This document shows, in pieces, positions 37,601 through 52,500 of a DNA stretch of 64,000 nt (the stretch's first letter is position 1; each line of letters begins with the position of its first letter). The notes beneath the pieces are model-generated. The model searched no databases and was not told the DNA's origin. It was given only the letters and a program-made list of their open reading frames with translations. Origin of the DNA: Laetmonice hystrix (Eukaryota); the NCBI GenBank assembly GCA_965235115.1, contig OZ249436.1, positions 25,112,001 through 25,176,000 of the forward strand, in the 5' to 3' direction. The translations under genes and the position numbers were made by a program.

Positions 37601-40600
37601 AGCAATATCATACTCTCATGCCATATACGAGCTTGTAATTATCTTTAATTAATGGGCTCCGCAGCACCAACCCACTGCATTAACATTTGTTTAACAGCTT
37701 AACGCACCTTGTAAAAAATTTTCAAGTGCGTAAAAATGCGTGTCCACCTCCACATACTTTAAAAATCACTATACCCACCCAGCGACATTCACTCTAATAC
37801 ACGCCTAAGAGGAACTTCACTGTCCCATTTGATTCTCCAGCACGTATAGGATGTTTCAAGTAACATTTATCCACGGTCTGGCCCAATAACGTGCAACAAG
37901 GCATAGTAAGTCAATGCGACCTCGCATGTCAAACCTAACCCGCCCCCCAGCACATGAGCTGGAGATATTCAAATAGCTTGAAAACTAGAATATAGCTTTG
38001 CTTAATACCATTATACCATCAACTCGCATTACAGGCCTAATGCGAAGCTCCCAGCCTAAAACGAGTTTCCAATTAATTTAAAGTTAACAAGATGCACTAA
38101 TAATCGATTCCAAGCCTAATTAGGCCATTGCTAGTTGGATAACCAAATCTCATACAAAATACACCCTCCCGGCAGATGACCTGAGAATATTCAACTCTTA
38201 TGTCCGATATATCCCTGTCCGCTTAGTAGCACCCAGCCGGGCCCCCATTTTGACATTGCAACACCAATACAGCAAGTGCCCAGCTAACAGCACAAATAAC
38301 AGGATTCAGGGCTTCCTACCACGTTACAAGTCACAATAGATTGCTGCCTGTCGTAAAAATATACCAGACCATTTTAAAAAGTCACAAAACCCCAATCCGG
38401 CCCTAATATGTCACTCCCAGTACCAATAGACGCTGGAAGCACCATCAACTGAAATTCAGGCCTAGAACCCACCTCTCTCTACCAATATCATGCACCTAGT
38501 CCGTATACGAGGTTGTAATTTACTTTAATCAACGGGCTGCGCCGCAGCAACCCACTCTGGTCTTTGCAATCTTTTTCAATATGCGTTAACATTTGTGACC
38601 AGCTCAACGCGCCTTGTAAAATTTTTCAAAGTGCGTAAAAGTGTGTGTCCACCCCGACACGCTTTCCAAACCACTATACCCACCGAGCGACATCCACTCA
38701 AATACAGGCTTCGACCGATCCTCACTGTGCCAATAATCCGCCACAAGGCAAATTCAGTCAATGCAAGCTGGAAAATCGAATGTCAAACCTAATGCTCCCC
38801 CCCCCCAGCACGTTAACTGAAAAAAATCAACTAGCTTGAAAACTAGAATATAGCTTTGTTTAGCTAACAATCTACTCTCCCAGCGCCATCAACTCGCATA
38901 CAGGCGTAAAAGCAAACGCACTGCCCCATATAATGCTCCCAGCCTAAGACGATGTTGCAATTAATTTAAGATTAACAAGATGCACTAGTAATCCGATCCA
39001 AGCCTAATTACGTCATTGCTAGTTTCATAACCAAATCTCACAGAAAATACCCCACCCGCGCACATAACCTGAAAATATTCAACTTTTATCTCCAATGTAT
39101 CCCTGTGCACCTAGTAGCACACAAGCGGGCCCAATTTTGACATCCCAACACAAATACCGCAAATACCCGCCTAATGGCACAAAAAACTTTCTACCCCGTT
39201 GCAAGTCACATTAGCGTGCTGCTTGTCGTAAAAAATGGTGCAGACCATTTCTAAAGTCACAGTACCCCACTCCCGGCCTAATATTACGTTTCAGTATCCA
39301 TATACGCTGCAAGCGGCAGGAACTCGAATACAGGCCTAAAGGTAACCTCAGTCTAGCAATATCATACTCCCATGCCATATACGAGCTTGTAATTATCTTT
39401 AATTAATGGGCTCCGCAGCACCAACCCACTGCATTAACATTTGTTTAACAGCTTAACGCACCTTGTAAAATTTTTTCAAGTGCGTAAAAATGCGTGTCCA
39501 CCTCCACATACTTTAAAAATCACTATACCCACCCAGCGACATCCACTCTAATACACGCCTAAAAGGAACTTCACTGTCCCATTTGATTCTCCAGCACGTA
39601 TAGGATGTTTCAAGTAACATTCATCCACGGTCTGGCCCAATAACGTGCAACAAGGCATAGTAAGTCAATGCGAGCTCGCATGTCAAACCTAACCCGCCCC
39701 CAAGCACATGAGCTGAAAATATTCAAATAGCTTGAAAACTAGAATATAGCTTTGCTTAATACCATTATACCATCAACTCGCATTACAGGCCTAATGCGAA
39801 GCTCCCAGCCTAAAACGAGTTTCCAATTAATTTAAAGTTAACAAGATGCACTAATAATCGATTCCAAGCCTAATTAGGCCATTGCTAGTTGGATAACCAA
39901 ATCTCATACAAAATACACCCTCCCGGCAGATGACCTGAGAATATTCAACTCTTATGTCCGATATATCCCTGTCCGCTTAGTAGCACCCAGCCGGGCCCCC
40001 ATTTTGACATTGCAACACCAATACAGCAAGTGCCCAGCTAACAGCACAAATAACAGGATTCAGGGCTTCCTACCACGTTACAAGTCACAATAGATTGCTG
40101 CCTGTCGTAAAAATATACCAGACCATTTTAAAAAGTCACAGAACCCCAATCCGGCCCTAATATGTCACTCCCAGTACCAATAGACGCTGGAAGCACCATC
40201 AACTGAAATTCAGGCCTAGAACCCACCTCTCTCTACCAATATCATGCACCTAGTCCGTATACGAGGTTGTAATTTACTTTAATCAACGGGCTGCGCCGCA
40301 GCAACCCACTCTGGTCTTTGCAATCTTTTTCAATATGCGTTAACATTTGTGACCAGCTCAACGCGCCTTGTAAAATTTTTCAAAGTGCGTAAAAGTGTGT
40401 GTCCACCCCGACACGCTTTCCAAACCACTATACCCACCGAGCGACATCCACTCAAATACAGGCTTCGACCGATCCTCACTGTGCCAATAATCCGCCACAA
40501 GGCAAATTCAGTCAATGCAAGCTGGAAAATCGAATGTCAAACCTAATGCTCCCCCCCCCCCCAGCACGTTAACTGAAAAAAATCAACTAGCTTGAAAACT

Positions 40601-43600
40601 AGAATATAGCTTTGTTTAGCTAACAATCTACTCTCCCAGCGCCATCAACTCGCATACAGGCGTAAAAGCAAACGCACTGCCCCATATAATGCTCCCAGCC
40701 TAAGACGATGTTGCAATTAATTTAAGATTAACAAGATGCACTAGTAATCCGATCCAAGCCTAATTACGTCATTGCTAGTTTCATAACCAAATCTCACAGA
40801 AAATACCCCACCCGCGCACATAACCTGAAAATATTCAACTTTTATCTCCAATGTATCCCTGTGCACCTAGTAGCACCCAAGCGGGCCCAATTTTGACATT
40901 CCAACACAAATACCGCAAATACCCGCCTAATGGCACAAAAAACGTTCTACCCCGTTGCAAGTCACATTAGCTTGCTGCTTGTCGTAAAAAATGGTGCAGA
41001 CCATTTCTAAAGTCACAGTACCCCACTCCCGGCCTAATATTACGTTTCAGTATCCATATACGCTGCAAGCGGCAAGAACTCGAATACAGGCCTAAAAGTA
41101 ACCCCAGTCTAGCAATATCATACTCTCATGCCATATACGAGCTTGTAATTATCTTTAATTAATGGGCTCCGCAGCACCAACCCACTGCATTAACATTTGT
41201 TTAACAGCTTAACGCACCTTGTAAAAAATTTTCAAGTGCGTAAAAATGCGTGTCCACCTCCACATACTTTAAAAATCACTATACCCACCCAGCGACATTC
41301 ACTCTAATACACGCCTAAGAGGAACTTCACTGTCCCATTTGATTCTCCAGCACGTATAGGATGTTTCAAGTAACATTCATCCACGGTCTGGCCCAATAAC
41401 GTGCAACAAGGCATAGTAAGTCAATGCGAGCTCGCATGTCAAACCTAACCCGCCCCCCAGCACATGAGCTGAAAATATTCAAATAGCTTGAAAACTAGAA
41501 TATAGCTTTGCTTAATACCATTATACCATCTACTCGCATTACAGGCCTAATGCGAAGCTCCCAGCCTAAAACGAGTTTCCAATTAATTTAAAGTTAACAA
41601 GATGCACTAATAATCGATTCCAAGCCTAATTAGGCCATTGCTAGTTGGATAACCAAATCTCATACAAAATACACCCTCCCGGCAGATGACCTGAGAATAT
41701 TCAACTCTTATGTCCGATATATCCCTGTCCGCTTTGTAGCACCCAGCCGGGCCCCCATTTTGACATTGCAACACCAATACAGCAAGTGCCCAGCTAACAG
41801 CACAAATAACAGGATTCAGGGCTTCCTACCACGTTACAAGTCACAATAGATTGCTGCCTGTCGTAAAAATATACCAGACCATTTTAAAAAGTCACAGAAC
41901 CCCAATCCGGCCCTAATATGTCACTCCCAGTACCAATACACTCTGGAAGCACCATCAACTGAAATTCAGGCCTAGAACCCACCTCTCTCTACCAATATCA
42001 TGCACCTAGTCCGTATACGAGGTTGTAATTTACTTTAATCAACGGGCTGCGCCGCAGCAACCCACTCTGGTCTTTGCAATCTTTTTCAATATGCGTTAAC
42101 ATTTGTAACCAGCTCAACGCGCCTTGTAAAATTTTTCAAAGTGCGTAAAAGTGTGTGTCCACCCCGACACGCTTTCCAAACCACTATACCCACCGAGCGA
42201 CATCCACTCAAATACAGGCTTCGACCGATCCTCACTGTGCCAATAATCCGCCACAAGGCAAATTCAGTCAATGCAAGCTGGAAAATCGAATGTCAAACCT
42301 AATGCTCCCCCCCCCAGCACGTTAACTGAAAATAATCAACTAGCTTGAAAACTAGAATATAGCTTTGTTAAGCTAACAATCTACTCTCCCAGCGCCATCA
42401 ACTCGCATACAGGCGTAAAAGCAAACGCACTGCCCCATATAATGCTCCCAGCCTAAAACGATGTTGCAATTAATTTAAAATTAACAAGATGCACTAGTAA
42501 TCCGATCCAAGCCTAATTACGTCATTGCTAGTTTCATAACCAAATCTCACAGAAAATACCCCACCCGCGCACATAACCTGAAAATATTCAACTTTTATCT
42601 CCAATGTATCCCTGTGCACCTAGTAGCACCCAAGCGGGCCCAATTTTGACATTCCAACACAAATACCGCAAATACCCGCCTAATGGCACAAAAAACTTTC
42701 TACCCCGTTGCAAGTCACATTAGCTTGCTGCTTGTCGTAAAAAATGGTGCAGACCATTTCTAAAGTCACAGTACCCCACTCCCGGCCTAATATTACGTTT
42801 CAGTATCCATATACGCTGCAAGCGGCAGGAACTCGAATACAGGCCTAAAAGTAACCTCAGTCTAGCAATATCATACTCCCATGCCATATACGAGCTTGTA
42901 ATTATCTTTAATTAATGGGCTCCGCAGCACCAACCCACTGCATTAACATTTGTTTAACAGCTTAACGCACCTTGTAAAATTTTTTCAAGTGCGTAAAAAT
43001 GCGTGTCCACCTCCACATACTTTAAAAATCACTATACCCACCCAGCGACATCCACTCTAATACACGCCTAAAAGGAACTTCACTGTCCCATTTGATTCTC
43101 CAGCACGTATAGGATGTTTCAAGTAACATTCATCCACGGTCTGGCCCAATAACGTGCAACAAGGCATAGTAAGTCAATGCGAGCTCGCATGTCAAACCTA
43201 ACCCGCCCCCAAGCACATGAGCTGAAAATATTCAAATAGCTTGAAAACTAGAATATAGCTTTGCTTAATACCATTATACCATCAACTCGCATTACAGGCC
43301 TAATGCGAAGCTCCCAGCCTAAAACGAGTTTCCAATTAATTTAAAGTTAACAAGATGCACTAATAATCGATTCCAAGCCTAATTAGGCCATTGCTAGTTG
43401 GATAACCAAATCTCATACAAAATACACCCTCCCGGCAGATGACCTGAGAATATTCAACTCTTATGTCCGATATATCCCTGTCCGCTTAGTAGCACCCAGC
43501 CGGGCCCCCATTTTGACATTGCAACACCAATACAGCAAGTGCCCAGCTAACAGCACAAATAACAGGATTCAGGGCTTCCTACCACGTTACAAGTCACAAT

Positions 43601-46600
43601 AGATTGCTGCCTGTCGTAAAAATATACCAGACCATTTTAAAAAGTCACAGAACCCCAATCCGGCCCTAATATGTCACTCCCAGTACCAATAGACGCTGGA
43701 AGCACCATCAACTGAAATTCAGGCCTAGAACCCACCTCTCTCTACCAATATCATGCACCTAGTCCGTATACGAGGTTGTAATTTACTTTAATCAACGGGC
43801 TGCGCCGCAGCAACCCACTCTGGTCTTTGCAATCTTTTTCAATATGCGTTAACATTTGTGACCAGCTCAACGCGCCTTGTAAAATTTTTCAAAGTGCGTA
43901 AAAGTGTGTGTCCACCCCGACACGCTTTCCAAACCACTATACCCACCGAGCGACATCCACTCAAATACAGGCTTCGACCGATCCTCACTGTGCCAATAAT
44001 CCGCCACAAGGCAAATTCAGTCAATGCAAGCTGGAAAATCGAATGTCAAACCTAATGCTCCCCCCCCCCCAGCACGTTAACTGAAAATAATCAACTAGCT
44101 TGAAAACTAGAATATAGCTTTGTTTAGCTAACAATCTACTCTCCCAGCGCCATCAACTCGCATACAGGCGTAAAAGCAAACGCACTGCCCCATATAATGC
44201 TCCCAGCCTAAAACGATGTTGCAATTAATTTAAAATTAACAAGATGCACTAGTAATCCGATCCAAGCCTAATTACGTCATTGCTAGTTTCATAACCAAAT
44301 CTCACAGAAAATACCCCACCCGCGCACATAACCTGAAAATATTCAACTTTTATCTCCAATGTATCCCTGTGCACCTAGTAGCACCCAAGCGGGCCCAATT
44401 TTGACATTCCAACACAAATACCGCAAATACCCGCCTAATGGCACAAAAAACTTTCTACCCCGTTGCAAGTCACATTAGCTTGCTGCTTGTCGTAAAAAAT
44501 GGTGCAGACCATTTCTAAAGTCACAGTACCCCACTCCCGGCCTAATATTACGTTTCAGTATCCATATACGCTGCAAGCGGCAGGAACTCGAATACAGGCC
44601 TAAAAGTAACCCCAGTCTAGCAATATCATACTCTCATGCCATATACGAGCTTGTAATTATCTTTAATTAATGGGCTCCGCAGCACCAACCCACTGCATTA
44701 ACATTTGTTTAACAGCTTAACGCACCTTGTAAAAAATTTTTAAGTGCGTAAAAATGCGTGTCCACCTCCACATACTTTAAAAATCACTATACCCACCCAG
44801 CGACATTCACTCTAATACACGCCTAAGAGGAACTTCACTGTCCCATTTGATTCTCCAGCACGTATAGGATGTTTCAAGTAACATTTATCCACGGTCTGGC
44901 CCAATAACGTGCAACAAGGCATAGTAAGTCAATGCGACCTCGCATGTCAAACCTAACCTGCCCCCCAGCACATGAGCTGGAGATATTCAAATAGCTTGAA
45001 AACTAGAATATAGCTTTGCTTAATACCATTATACCATCAACTCGCATTACAGGCCTAATGCGAAGCTCCCAGCCTAAAACGAGTTTCCAATTAATTTAAA
45101 GTTAACAAGATGCACTAATAATCGATTCCAAGCCTAATTAGGTCATTGCTAGTTGGATAACCAAATCTCATACAAAATACACCCTCCCGGCAGATGACCT
45201 GAGAATATTCAACTCTTATGTCCGATATATCCCTGTCCGCTTAGTAGCACCCAGCCGGGCCCCCATTTTGACATTGCAACACCAATACAGCAAGTGCCCA
45301 GCTAACAGCACAAATAACAGGATTCAGGGCTTCCTACCACGTTACAAGTCACAATAGATTGCTGCCTGTCGTAAAAATATACCAGACCATTTTAAAAAGT
45401 CACAGAACCCCAATCCGGCCCTAATATGTCACTCCCAGTACCAATAGACGCTGGAAGCACCATCAACTGAAATTCAGGCCTAGAACCCACCTCTCTCTAC
45501 CAATATCATGCACCTAGTCCGTATACGAGGTTGTAATTTACTTTAATCAACGGGCTGCGCCGCAGCAACCCACTCTGGTCTTTGCAATCTTTTTCAATAT
45601 GCGTTAACATTTGTGACCAGCTCAACGCGCCTTGTAAAATTTTTCAAAGTGCGTAAAAGTGTGTGTCCACCCCGACACGCTTTCCAAACCACTATACCCA
45701 CCGAGCGACATCCACTCAAATACAGGCTTCGACCGATCCTCACTGTGCCAATAATCCGCCACAAGGCAAATTCAGTCAATGCAAGCTGGAAAATCGAATG
45801 TCAAACCTAATGCTCCCCCCCCAGCACGTTAACTGAAAAAAATCAACTAGCTTGAAAACTAGAATATAGCTTTGTTTAGCTAACAATCTACTCTCCCAGC
45901 GCCATCAACTCGCATACAGGCGTAAAAGCAAACGCACTGCCCCATATAATGCTCCCAGCCTAAGACGATGTTGCAATTAATTTAAGATTAACAAGATGCA
46001 CTAGTAATCCGATCCAAGCCTAATTACGTCATTGCTAGTTTCATAACCAAATCTCACAGAAAATACCCCACCCGCGCACATAACCTGAAAATATTCAACT
46101 TTTATCTCCAATGTATCCCTGTGCACCTAGTAGCACACAAGCGGGCCCAATTTTGACATCCCAACACAAATACCGCAAATACCCGCCTAATGGCACAAAA
46201 AACTTTCTACCCCGTTGCAAGTCACATTAGCGTGCTGCTTGTCGTAAAAAATGGTGCAGACCATTTCTAAAGTCACAGTACCCCACTCCCGGCCTAATAT
46301 TACGTTTCAGTATCCATATACGCTGCAAGCGGCAGGAACTCGAATACAGGCCTAAAAGTAACCTCAGTCTAGCAATATCATACTCCCATGCCATATACGA
46401 GCTTGTAATTATCTTTAATTAATGGGCTCCGCAGCACCAACCCACTGCATTAACATTTGTTTAACAGCTTAACGCACCTTGTAAAATTTTTTCAAGTGCG
46501 TAAAAATGCGTGTCCACCTCCACATACTTTAAAAATCACTATACCCACCCAGCGACATCCACTCTAATACACGCCTAAAAGGAACTTCACTGTCCCATTT

Positions 46601-48616
46601 GATTCTCCAGCACGTATAGGATGTTTCAAGTAACATTCATCCACGGTCTGGCCCAATAACGTGCAACAAGGCATAGTAAGTCAATGCGAGCTCGCATGTC
46701 AAACCTAACCCGCCCCCAAGCACATGAGCTGAAAATATTCAAATAGCTTGAAAACTAGAATATAGCTTTGCTTAATACCATTATACCATCAACTCGCATT
46801 ACAGGCCTAATGCGAAGCTCCCAGCCTAAAACGAGTTTCCAATTAATTTAAAGTTAACAAGATGCACTAATAATCGATTCCAAGCCTAATTAGGCCATTG
46901 CTAGTTGGATAACCAAATCTCATACAAAATACACCCTCCCGGCAGATGACCTGAGAATATTCAACTCTTATGTCCGATATATCCCTGTCCGCTTAGTAGC
47001 ACCCAGCCGGGCCCCCATTTTGACATTGCAACACCAATACAGCAAGTGCCCAGCTAACAGCACAAATAACAGGATTCAGGGCTTCCTACCACGTTACAAG
47101 TCACAATAGATTGCTGCCTGTCGTAAAAATATACCAGACCATTTTAAAAAGTCACAGAACCCCAATCCGGCCCTAATATGTCACTCCCAGTACCAATAGA
47201 CGCTGGAAGCACCATCAACTGAAATTCAGGCCTAGAACCCACCTCTCTCTACCAATATCATGCACCTAGTCCGTATACGAGGTTGTAATTTACTTTAATC
47301 AACGGGCTGCGCCGCAGCAACCCACTCTGGTCTTTGCAATCTTTTTCAATATGCGTTAACATTTGTGACCAGCTCAACGCGCCTTGTAAAATTTTTCAAA
47401 GTGCGTAAAAGTGTGTGTCCACCCCGACACGCTTTCCAAACCACTATACCCACCGAGCGACATCCACTCAAATCCAGGCTTCGACCGATCCTCACTGTGC
47501 CAATAATCCGCCACAAGGCAAATTCAGTCAATGCAAGCTGGAAAATCGAATGTCAAACCTAATGCTCCCCCCCCCCAGCACGTTAACTGAAAATAATCAA
47601 CTAGCTTGAAAACTAGAATATAGCTTTGTTAAGCTAACAATCTACTCTCCCAGCGCCATCAACTCGCATACAGGCGTAAAAGCAAACGCACTGCCCCATA
47701 TAATGCTCCCAGCCTAAAACGATGTTGCAATTAATTTAAAATTAACAAGATGCACTAGTAATCCGATCCAAGCCTAATTACGTCATTGCTAGTTTCATAA
47801 CCAAATCTCACAGAAAATACCCCACCCGCGCACATAACCTGAAAATATTCAACTTTTATCTCCAATGTATCCCTGTGCACCTAGTAGCACCCAAGCGGGC
47901 CCAATTTTGACATTCCAACACAAATACCGCAAATACCCGCCTAATGGCACAAAAAACTTTCTACCCCGTTGCAAGTCACATTAGCTTGCTGCTTGTCGTA
48001 AAAAATGGTGCAGACCATTTCTAAAGTCACAGTACCCCACTCCCGGCCTAATATTACGTTTCAGTATCCATATACGCTGCAAGCGGCAGGAACTCGAATA
48101 CAGGCCTAAAAGTAACCCCAGTCTAGCAATATCATACTCTCATGCCATATACGAGCTTGTAATTATCTTTAATTAATGGGCTCCGCAGCACCAACCCACT
48201 GCATTAACATTTGTTTAACAGCTTAACGCACCTTGTAAAAAATTTTCAAGTGCGTAAAAATGCGTGTCCACCTCCACATACTTTAAAAATCACTATACCC
48301 ACCCAGCGACATTCACTCTAATACACGCCTAAGAGGAACTTCACTGTCCCATTTGATTCTCCAGCACGTATAGGATGTTTCAAGTAACATTTATCCACGG
48401 TCTGGCCCAATAACGTGCAACAAGGCATAGTAAGTCAATGCGAGCTCGCATGTCAAACCTAACCCGCCCCCCAGCACATGAGCTGAAAATATTCAAATAG
48501 CTTGAAAACTAGAATATAGCTTTGCTTAATACCATTATACCATCAACTCGCATTACAGGCCTAATGCGAAGCTCCCAGCCTAAAACGAGTTTCCAATTAA
48601 TTTAAAGTTAACAAGA

Positions 48617-49554
48617 TGCACTAATAATCGATTCCAAGCCTAATTAGGCCATTGCTAGTTGGATAACCAAATCTCATACAAAATACACCCTCCCGGCAGA
48701 TGACCTGAGAATATTCAACTCTTATGTCCGATATATCCCTGTCCGCTTAGTAGCACCCAGCCGGGCCCCCATTTTGACATTGCAACACCAATACAGCAAG
48801 TGCCCAGCTAACAGCACAATTAACAGGATTCAGGGCTTCCTACCACGTTACAAGTCACAATAGATTGCTGCCTGTCGTAAAAATATACCAGACCATTTTA
48901 AAAAGTCACAGAACCCCAATCCGGCCCTAATATGTCACTCCCAGTACCAATACACGCTGGAAGCACCATCAACTGAAATTCAGGCCTAGAACCCACCTCT
49001 CTCTACCAATATCATGCACCTAGTCCGTATACGAGGTTGTAATTTACTTTAATCAACGGGCTGCGCCGCAGCAACCCACTCTGGTTGCACTAATAATCGA
49101 TTCCAAGCCTAATTAGGCCATTGCTAGTTGGATAACCAAATCTCATACAAAATACACCCTCCCGGCAGATGACCTGAGAATATTCAACTCTTATGTCCGA
49201 TATATCCCTGTCCGCTTAGTAGCACCCAGCCGGGCCCCCATTTTGACATTGCAACACCAATACAGCAAGTGCCCAGCTAACAGCACAATTAACAGGATTC
49301 AGGGCTTCCTACCACGTTACAAGTCACAATAGATTGCTGCCTGTCGTAAAAATATACCAGACCATTTTAAAAAGTCACAGAACCCCAATCCGGCCCTAAT
49401 ATGTCACTCCCAGTACCAATACACGCTGGAAGCACCATCAACTGAAATTCAGGCCTAGAACCCACCTCTCTCTACCAATATCATGCACCTAGTCCGTATA
49501 CGAGGTTGTAATTTACTTTAATCAACGGGCTGCGCCGCAGCAACCCACTCTGGT
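48617..49554. repeat. 469-bp tandem duplication inside subunit B of unit 28 (copies 48617-49085 and 49086-49554)
   Basis: A novel junction CCCACTCTGGT|TGCACTAATAATCG at 49085/49086 jumps back to near the start of subunit B. Unit 28 is 2222 bp, against ~1753 bp for normal units. Confidence 0.96.
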
Positions 49555-52500
49555 CTTTGCAATCTTTTTCAATATGCGTTAACATTTGTAACCAGCTCAA
49601 CGCGCCTTGTAAAATTTTTCAAAGTGCGTAAAAGTGTGTGTCCACCCCGACACGCTTTCCAAACCACTATACCCACCGAGCGACATCCACTCAAATACAG
49701 GCTTCGACCGATCCTCACTGTGCCAATAATCCGCCACAAGGCAAATTCAGTCAATGCAAGCTGGAAAATCGAATGTCAAACCTAATGCTCCCCCCCCCAG
49801 CACGTTAACTGAAAATAATCAACTAGCTTGAAAACTAGAATATAGCTTTGTTAAGCTAACAATCTACTCTCCCAGCGCCATCAACTCGCATACAGGCGTA
49901 AAAGCAAACGCACTGCCCCATATAATGCTCCCAGCCTAAAACGATGTTGCAATTAATTTAAAATTAACAAGATGCACTAGTAATCCGATCCAAGCCTAAT
50001 TACGTCATTGCTAGTTTCATAACCAAATCTCACAGAAAATACCCCACCCGCGCACATAACCTGAAAATATTCAACTTTTATCTCCAATGTATCCCTGTGC
50101 ACCTAGTAGCACCCAAGCGGGCCCAATTTTGACATTCCAACACAAATACCGCAAATACCCGCCTAATGGCACAAAAAACTTTCTACCCCGTTGCAAGTCA
50201 CATTAGCTTGCTGCTTGTCGTAAAAAATGGTGCAGACCATTTCTAAAGTCACAGTACCCCACTCCCGGCCTAATATTACGTTTCAGTATCCATATACGCT
50301 GCAAGCGGCAGGAACTCGAATACAGGCCTAAAAGTAACCCCAGTCTAGCAATATCATACTCTCATGCCATATACGAGCTTGTAATTATCTTTAATTAATG
50401 GGCTCCGCAGCACCAACCCACTGCATTAACATTTGTTTAACAGCTTAACGCACCTTGTAAAAAATTTTCAAGTGCGTAAAAATGCGTGTCCACCTCCACA
50501 TACTTTAAAAATCACTATACCCACCCAGCGACATTCACTCTAATACACGCCTAAAAGGAACTTCACTGTCCCATTTGATTCTCCAGCACGTATAGGATGT
50601 TTCAAGTAACATTCATCCACGGTCTGGCCCAATAACGTGCAACAAGGCATAGTAAGTCAATGCGAGCTCGCATGTCAAACCTAACCCGCCCCCAAGCACA
50701 TGAGCTGAAAATATTCAAATAGCTTGAAAACTAGAATATAGCTTTGCTTAATACCATTATACCATCAACTCGCATTACAGGCCTAATGCGAAGCTCCCAG
50801 CCTAAAACGAGTTTCCAATTAATTTAAAGTTAACAAGATGCACTAATAATCGATTCCAAGCCTAATTAGGCCATTGCTAGTTGGATAACCAAATCTCATA
50901 CAAAATACACCCTCCCGGCAGATGACCTGAGAATATTCAACTCTTATGTCCGATATATCCCTGTCCGCTTAGTAGCACCCAGCCGGGCCCCCATTTTGAC
51001 ATTGCAACACCAATACAGCAAGTGCCCAGCTAACAGCACAAATAACAGGATTCAGGGCTTCCTACCACGTTACAAGTCACAATAGATTGCTGCCTGTCGT
51101 AAAAATATACCAGACCATTTTAAAAAGTCACAGAACCCCAATCCGGCCCTAATATGTCACTCCCAGTACCAATAGACGCTGGAAGCACCATCAACTGAAA
51201 TTCAGGCCTAGAACCCACCTCTCTCTACCAATATCATGCACCTAGTCCGTATACGAGGTTGTAATTTACTTTAATCAACGGGCTGCGCCGCAGCAACCCA
51301 CTCTGGTCTTTGCAATCTTTTTCAATATGCGTTAACATTTGTAACCAGCTCAACGCGCCTTGTAAAATTTTTCAAAGTGCGTAAAAGTGTGTGTCCACCC
51401 CGACACGCTTTCCAAACCACTATACCCACCGAGCGACATCCACTCAAATACAGGCTTCGACCGATCCTCACTGTGCCAATAATCCGCCACAAGGCAAATT
51501 CAGTCAATGCAAGCTGGAAAATCGAATGTCAAACCTAATGCTCCCCCCCCAGCACGTTAACTGAAAAAAATCAACTAGCTTGAAAACTAGAATATAGCTT
51601 TGTTTAGCTAACAATCTAGTCTCCCAGCGCCATCAACTCGCATACAGGCGTAAAAGCAAACGCACTGCCCCATATAATGCTCCCAGCCTAAGACGATGTT
51701 GCAATTAATTTAAGATTAACAAGATGCACTAGTAATCCGATCCAAGCCTAATTACGTCATTGCTAGTTTCATAACCAAATCTCACAGAAAATACCCCACC
51801 CGCGCACATAACCTGAAAATATTCAACTTTTATCTCCAATGTATCCCTGTGCACCTAGTAGCACACAAGCGGGCCCAATTTTGACATCCCAACACAAATA
51901 CCGCAAATACCCGCCTAATGGCACAAAAAACTTTCTACCCCGTTGCAAGTCACATTAGCGTGCTGCTTGTCGTAAAAAATGGTGCAGACCATTTCTAAAG
52001 TCACAGTACCCCACTCCCGGCCTAATATTACGTTTCAGTATCCATATACGCTGCAAGCGGCAGGAACTCGAATACAGGCCTAAAAGTAACCTCAGTCTAG
52101 CAATATCATACTCCCATGCCATATACGAGCTTGTAATTATCTTTAATTAATGGGCTCCGCAGCACCAACCCACTGCATTAACATTTGTTTAACAGCTTAA
52201 CGCACCTTGTAAAATTTTTTCAAGTGCGTAAAAATGCGTGTCCACCTCCACATACTTTAAAAATCACTATACCCACCCAGCGACATCCACTCTAATACAC
52301 GCCTAAAAGGAACTTCACTGTCCCATTTGATTCTCCAGCACGTATAGGATGTTTCAAGTAACATTCATCCACGGTCTGGCCCAATAACGTGCAACAAGGC
52401 ATAGTAAGTCAATGCGAGCTCGCATGTCAAACATAACCCGCCCCCAAGCACATGAGCTGAAAATATTCAAATAGCTTGAAAACTAGAATATAGCTTTGCT

